This document shows, one piece after another, positions 18,262 to 22,055 of a DNA stretch of 22,055 nt. Made by a program: the position numbers and the translations under genes. Every line of letters starts with the position of its first letter. The stretch's first letter is position 1. The stretch comes from Fibrobacteria bacterium (GTDB lineage Bacteria; Fibrobacterota; Fibrobacteria; UBA11236): contig JAYTHY010000116.1 in assembly GCA_043732185.1 (NCBI GenBank), positions 1 to 22,055 of the forward strand. Reading direction: 5' to 3'. Below the pieces are notes generated by a model. That model was given only the letters and a program-made list of their open reading frames with translations. It made no database searches and had not been told where the DNA came from.

Positions 18262-19341
18262 CTATTCAACCACGTCTTTAAATTTTTCGAAGCCATAATT
18301 CAGCGTACGGCGTCGTGGCTGATAACCGGCCTCGCGAATAAACTTGACTGCTGCGCCAAGGGTTTTAAGTCCCGCGGACCTTAAAACATTTTCTTCGATG
18401 ACAATGCTGTTGATGTCATTGGCACCCGCTTCCAAGGCCATCTCTCCCAAATCGCGGCCCATGCCCAATACACTGACTTCAATATTTTCAATGTTGTCTA
18501 AAAAAAGTCTCGCTAACGCAATCATGCGCAGATACTCCCAGCCGCGAACGTGCCTGATGGTAAATTTTCGGGTTTGGGCTTGGAAAACCCAGGGCACAAA
18601 GGACAAGAATCCACCGGTTTTATCCTGTTGATCCCGTATCAAGGTAAGGTGTTCGCAGATATCGGTTGGCGTTTCCACAGATCCGAAAACAATGTTGCTC
18701 GAACCCGGAAGACCAAGCAGGTGACATTCACCCATCACCCTGCACCAATCCTCACCGGACAATTTTTTTGGCGAAAGTATCTGCCGCATTCGGTTGGTAA
18801 GAATTTCTGCTCCCGCGCCAGGAACGGATCCCAAACCTGCATCCTTAAGTTTGCCCAAGAGTTGGGGCAGCGACAAACCTTCCTTTTGCGACAATCGTAA
18901 CAGTTCGACCGGTGAGAATCCTCGTACATGCATACCGTATTTTCCGGAAAGCAGGTTTAAGGCTTCGATATAATAGGCAAGGGGAAGATTTGGGTTCACT
19001 CCGCCCTGGAAAAAAATGGTGTCTACGCCAAGAGCAATAGCCTCTTCCGTCTTGGCTGCGATTTCATCCAGGCTCAATGTGTAGCCGCGATCGCTGTCGA
19101 CATCGTCCTTGAAAGAGCAGAACGTGCAGTCCACATCGCAATGGTTGGTGTAGTTTATGATTCGATAAGCCGTATAGCTGACTTCGCTGGGATGGTGCTT
19201 TCGCTGCCGCACAATGTTTCCGGCAGAAACCATAGCCGGCCAGTCATTGGAAGTTAGGAGGATTAGCGCATCAGCAGGGGTAAGGCGACGGCCTTCCAAG
19301 GCCCGGTCCAGAACGGGCCGGATAGCCTCGATAGAATTCAT
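18262..19341 (-). CDS. mqnC: CofH/MqnC-family radical SAM enzyme (probable cyclic dehypoxanthine futalosine synthase)
   Basis: INYTNHCDVDCTFCSF (CxxxCxxC), QGG.NP, FSPVE, LKDAGLGSVPGAGAEIL, QDKTGGF.SF.PW.FQ, ARLFLDNI, GAND, EENV..SAG. The family call is firm; the exact activity is less certain. Confidence 0.75.
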   Translation of the reverse strand: MNSIEAIRPVLDRALEGRRLTPADALILLTSNDWPAMVSAGNIVRQRKHHPSEVSYTAYRIINYTNHCDVDCTFCSFKDDVDSDRGYTLSLDEIAAKTEEAIALGVDTIFFQGGVNPNLPLAYYIEALNLLSGKYGMHVRGFSPVELLRLSQKEGLSLPQLLGKLKDAGLGSVPGAGAEILTNRMRQILSPKKLSGEDWCRVMGECHLLGLPGSSNIVFGSVETPTDICEHLTLIRDQQDKTGGFLSFVPWVFQAQTRKFTIRHVRGWEYLRMIALARLFLDNIENIEVSVLGMGRDLGEMALEAGANDINSIVIEENVLRSAGLKTLGAAVKFIREAGYQPRRRTLNYGFEKFKDVVE

Positions 19342-19808
19342 TTTCTCGCAGTTTCATGGCGCGCAGTACACCCGCGACTCCACTGACCGCTGCCGTCCGG
19401 AAGGATTTCTCTTTTCCATATCGGCGCTTCATGTTTAATCCTGTCAATGATGAGGCGCGACGCACGATAAGCTTCATCACGGTGAGCGGCGCTGACAGCG
19501 ATTATGATTGTGGCTTCACCCAATTCGACCCTTCCCAGGCGGTGACGCACGGTGATACGCTCAACTGGAGTGGTCCGATAGACATCTTCCACAATGTCAG
19601 CAATCACTTTGTCCGCCATGGAAACCTGGGCTTCATATTCCAAAGCAACAATGCCGATCAAGCCTTCGGAATGATCGCGCACCGTTCCCTCAAAGACCAA
19701 TACGGCGCCACTATGGGAATCTTGAACTTCGTCCCGCATAGCGTCCCGGTCTAGGGGCTCCATGCTCAGATACAAGGTGTCTTGCTGCGTAATTTGGGGG
19801 TGTGACAT
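19338..19808 (-). CDS. moaE: molybdopterin synthase catalytic subunit MoaE
   Basis: GA...FEGTVRD, LEYEA...MA, HRLG....GE, AVSAAHR.EA, ID.IK...PIWKRE...DG...W. Confidence 0.93.
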   Translation of the reverse strand: MSHPQITQQDTLYLSMEPLDRDAMRDEVQDSHSGAVLVFEGTVRDHSEGLIGIVALEYEAQVSMADKVIADIVEDVYRTTPVERITVRHRLGRVELGEATIIIAVSAAHRDEAYRASRLIIDRIKHEAPIWKREILPDGSGQWSRGCTARHETARK

Positions 19809-20060
19809 CTAACCTCCACTAACCGGCGAAATGATATCGACTTCGGAAAACCCGGCCAATTCCACTTCTGCATGCACATAGCCCTCGTCCACGGCTACCC
19901 GGCTGGCGAAAAACAATTCCTTTTGTTTAGGATGCAAAGTGGCTAGAAAACCCAGCAGTTCGCGTTCTTTAATGGGCAATTCCAGGGAAATAACCTCGCA
20001 GTCGGTTTTTAAGGCTTCGCGAAGTTGGGCGTAATATCGAATCTGAACAGTTTGAGGCAT
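19809..20060 (-). CDS. moaD: MoaD/ThiS-family sulfur carrier protein
   Basis: V.IRYYAQLRE, VAVDEGYV, and C-terminal di-glycine IISPVSGG. Directly upstream of moaE. Confidence 0.9.
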   Translation of the reverse strand: MPQTVQIRYYAQLREALKTDCEVISLELPIKERELLGFLATLHPKQKELFFASRVAVDEGYVHAEVELAGFSEVDIISPVSGG

Positions 20061-20326
20061 ATCTGAAATTTAGTAAAAGGAATAGATCCTTTCTTCTTCT
20101 ACTGCTGCCTAAAGATTCCCTGGTCGCTTCCAATGCAAAATATTTTCAAAAAATGTTGAAAAAATTCCAAACATTATTTTTGATTTTGGGCGGGTTTAAG
20201 GCACATGTTGCTTGGCCCAAAGCAAGGCCGAAGCAGAAACTAGCAGCACCGAAAACTGGAGAGGGCTTAACCTGCAAGCTACTGGATGGGGTAGCGTGCT
20301 CGCTTCCCCCTATTAGGCAGGAAACC

Positions 20327-20355
20327 TTGACAGAGGTTAACCCATAAGTTAACAT
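20327..20355 (+). promoter_or_regulatory. sigma70-type promoter with overlapping tandem GTTAAC operator
   Basis: TTGACA (20327-20332), 17 nt, TAACAT (20350-20355). Palindromic GTTAAC at 20336-20341 and 20348-20353. Confidence 0.75.
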
Positions 20356-20399
20356 ATTTGGCCTAAGGTGGAATTTTCCCCAATAGTAGGAGACCCGAC

Positions 20400-20660
20400 A
20401 TGGCAAAAGCGAAAAAAAGCAAAAGCGCAGGAAAGTCCGATAAGAAAACCGGCAGCAGCACAGGCGAATCCACAGTCGGAGCCATGCTCCGTAAAGCTAG
20501 GGAATCTGCGGCCATTTCTCAGGAAGAATTGGCCCATCGGTTGAAGACCAAGCGTACGGCAATATCCCGAATTGAAAACCATGCGGAAGACATTAAGCTT
20601 TCCACTCTGGAAAGAATAGCCAAGGCTCTTGGAAAAGAGCTCAAAGTCAAAATCCAGTAA
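20400..20660 (+). CDS. XRE-family HTH regulator (HigA-antitoxin-like)
   Basis: LRKARESAAISQEELAHRLKTKRTAISRIENHAEDIKLSTLERIAKALG is a Cro/C1-type HTH. SD AGGAG. Lys/Ser-rich N-terminus. Confidence 0.9.
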   Translation: MAKAKKSKSAGKSDKKTGSSTGESTVGAMLRKARESAAISQEELAHRLKTKRTAISRIENHAEDIKLSTLERIAKALGKELKVKIQ

Positions 20661-20673
20661 TTTAAACGGGTTA

Positions 20674-20710
20674 CCTGGCCTATGGGCCAGGCCTCTCTTC
20701 TGCTTTCTTC
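20674..20710 (+). terminator. possible terminator after the XRE gene
   Basis: Perfect 7-bp stem CCTGGCC-TATG-GGCCAGG followed by a pyrimidine-rich run that is not pure T. Confidence 0.45.
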
Positions 20711-20753
20711 ATTGCTTGTCTCCTCTCCTCTTCAATTAGGACAATGGTTGGCC

Positions 20754-21476
20754 ATGGCAATCCACCCAATTAAAATAACAGAAACGGACTTCAGAGTAAA
20801 TGCAGCTCTGAGGAGCCCCCTTTTGTACATAATTTTGGGTTTAATACTGGTCTTCCTCGTACAGCCAGTATCAGCAGAACGCAAGCCAGTGGCGATGGGC
20901 ATTCTAGGCGGAATTACCGGCGCTTCCTTCTGGGGAAAAAGTGTCCAAGATTTTGACATGAACGTCTGGCCCACTACAGGTGTGACATTGGCTTTTCACC
21001 TCCCAGTTTTCTTGGGCGTGGAAACGGATCTTGTATACGTAGCCAAAAGCGGCGCTATCCGGACCTATGATCCGGATCCTGTAAACATTGGCGCGGAACG
21101 GATTAAAGTCAATACTATTAAAATTCAGGCTTTGGAAATTCCTTTCCTCCTGAAAGTAACCGCGCCCACCGGCAATGAGGTCCTGCCGATTTTTTTTGGT
21201 GGTCCATCGCTATCCTATCTATTCTCGAAGGATTCTTTTTCAGAGTACATCACTTTTGCCAACGGCGGTACAGTTGTTCCCGAGGAGACCCCTCGCATGA
21301 TCGAAAAGCAGAATTTGGTGGACTATGAATGGACTTTGTGTCTAGGCGGCGGCGTTGAATGGGGGCTGGGTTCTTTTCAACTTCGTTTTAACCTGGGCAA
21401 AAACACTATCGATAAGAGCGCGCAGAAGGACGTAAAAACGGTGGTAGTCGCCATCATGGCCGGGTTTATATTTTAG
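20754..21476 (+). CDS. outer-membrane beta-barrel protein (PorT/OMP_b-brl-like)
   Basis: Signal peptide (..LILVFLVQPVSA|ERK), alternating beta-strand pattern, LEIP.LLK and GP..SYL motifs, C-terminal Phe (MAGFIF). The start is uncertain: the ATG at 20682 lies in the upstream hairpin, so 20754 was chosen. Confidence 0.8.
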   Translation: MAIHPIKITETDFRVNAALRSPLLYIILGLILVFLVQPVSAERKPVAMGILGGITGASFWGKSVQDFDMNVWPTTGVTLAFHLPVFLGVETDLVYVAKSGAIRTYDPDPVNIGAERIKVNTIKIQALEIPFLLKVTAPTGNEVLPIFFGGPSLSYLFSKDSFSEYITFANGGTVVPEETPRMIEKQNLVDYEWTLCLGGGVEWGLGSFQLRFNLGKNTIDKSAQKDVKTVVVAIMAGFIF

Positions 21477-21480
21477 AGGG

Positions 21481-22038
21481 TTAAATCGGCTTTTTAGTAA
21501 AAAGCGTTCGCAGCCAAGTCCACGCCGGGAGAAGCGCCAGTACCAAGCCGGCGGTCAAAAACCCAATGCCGAGTAACATCTTCATCCAATTTCGAAAAAG
21601 ATTTTCTCGTCGTTTTTCCAATATCGAGTCTTTTGGTAGCGCAGGGTTGTAGTACACGGGGACAGTGGCGCCCACAGCATAGCCGCCAAGTCTCTTTTCC
21701 CAGTAAGTTCTGGTTGCAGGCTTTTCTTCGTAAGACAATCTCCAGCCCCAAATGCTGGCGCCCTCAACAAAGTATTCATAAAGGACATCCGGATAAAAAT
21801 CTTCCGATGAACCGGTGGAGTCTACGCGTACTTTGACCTGTAAAATTTTTCCGGGGACTTCCACAAAACTTGCCAGATGGGTCAACTTTCGGATAATGAC
21901 AAAGTCTTGATGAGCGGATTTGAATCCGAGAACCGCCACTACTATTCCGCAAAGGAAAGCAAGCAGCTGCACGCCCATGGGGGTACCCGCGACAGATTCG
22001 GGTTCTGCCAGAGGAAATTTATCTTGTTTAACCATCAC
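21481..22038 (-). CDS. DUF3592-domain membrane protein
   Basis: TM helix, then G.I, Y.P.V.YEY.V.G and VG.TV.VYYNP..P..S.L, then a second TM helix. The start is uncertain (GTG 22038 or ATG 22035). Confidence 0.8.
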   Translation of the reverse strand: MMVKQDKFPLAEPESVAGTPMGVQLLAFLCGIVVAVLGFKSAHQDFVIIRKLTHLASFVEVPGKILQVKVRVDSTGSSEDFYPDVLYEYFVEGASIWGWRLSYEEKPATRTYWEKRLGGYAVGATVPVYYNPALPKDSILEKRRENLFRNWMKMLLGIGFLTAGLVLALLPAWTWLRTLFTKKPI

Positions 22039-22055
22039 CCCGTCTTTGCTTTTGC

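Noticed and set aside
20198..20213. sigma54 promoter-like GGCAC...TTGC
   Set aside because: The GG-to-GC spacing is 8 nt rather than the required 10.
20061..20330. Moco riboswitch upstream of moaD (minus strand contains ACCAGGG and GAAAGG)
   Set aside because: Only short words match and the rest of the expected architecture was not found. A -10 box right at the moaD start suggests little or no leader.
20153..20347. 64-aa ORF upstream of the XRE gene as a cognate toxin
   Set aside because: No RelE/HigB features and no SD, and it overlaps the XRE gene's own promoter.
1..22055. CRISPR arrays, tRNA/rRNA genes, IS elements, integrases, frameshifted pseudogenes
   Set aside because: None were detected by eye, and all recognised genes appear full length.

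Overview
A 22 kb bacterial chromosomal window made up mostly of housekeeping genes. The host is probably a diderm of the FCB group, possibly Fibrobacterota-like; this is an inference from protein character and a PorT-like beta-barrel, not a proven assignment. From the left: about 1.2 kb of small unassigned ORFs; the conserved thrS-infC-rpmI-rplT-pheS-pheT cluster; zapB-like/zapA; an unannotated ~195-nt rod-shaped RNA that fits 6S RNA (ssrS); folD; then ispA-dxs and a tightly packed run (TrmH methyltransferase with a long disordered N-terminus, rhomboid protease, CoA-binding protein, unknown membrane protein, M48 lipoprotein peptidase, HAD hydrolase). After these come an SRPBCC protein, a translationally coupled minus-strand moaD-moaE-radical SAM (MqnC/CofH family) operon, an orphan HigA-type XRE regulator with a clear promoter and tandem GTTAAC operator, an outer-membrane beta-barrel and a DUF3592 protein. 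No CRISPR array, tRNA, rRNA, transposase or integrase was seen. The best leads are the sulfur-carrier/MqnC-like operon, the toxin-less antitoxin-like regulator, 6S RNA followed by folD, a recurring TAnnTT(T) promoter motif that suggests leaderless mRNAs, and a four-segment alternative-pairing RNA element at the thrS/infC junction.
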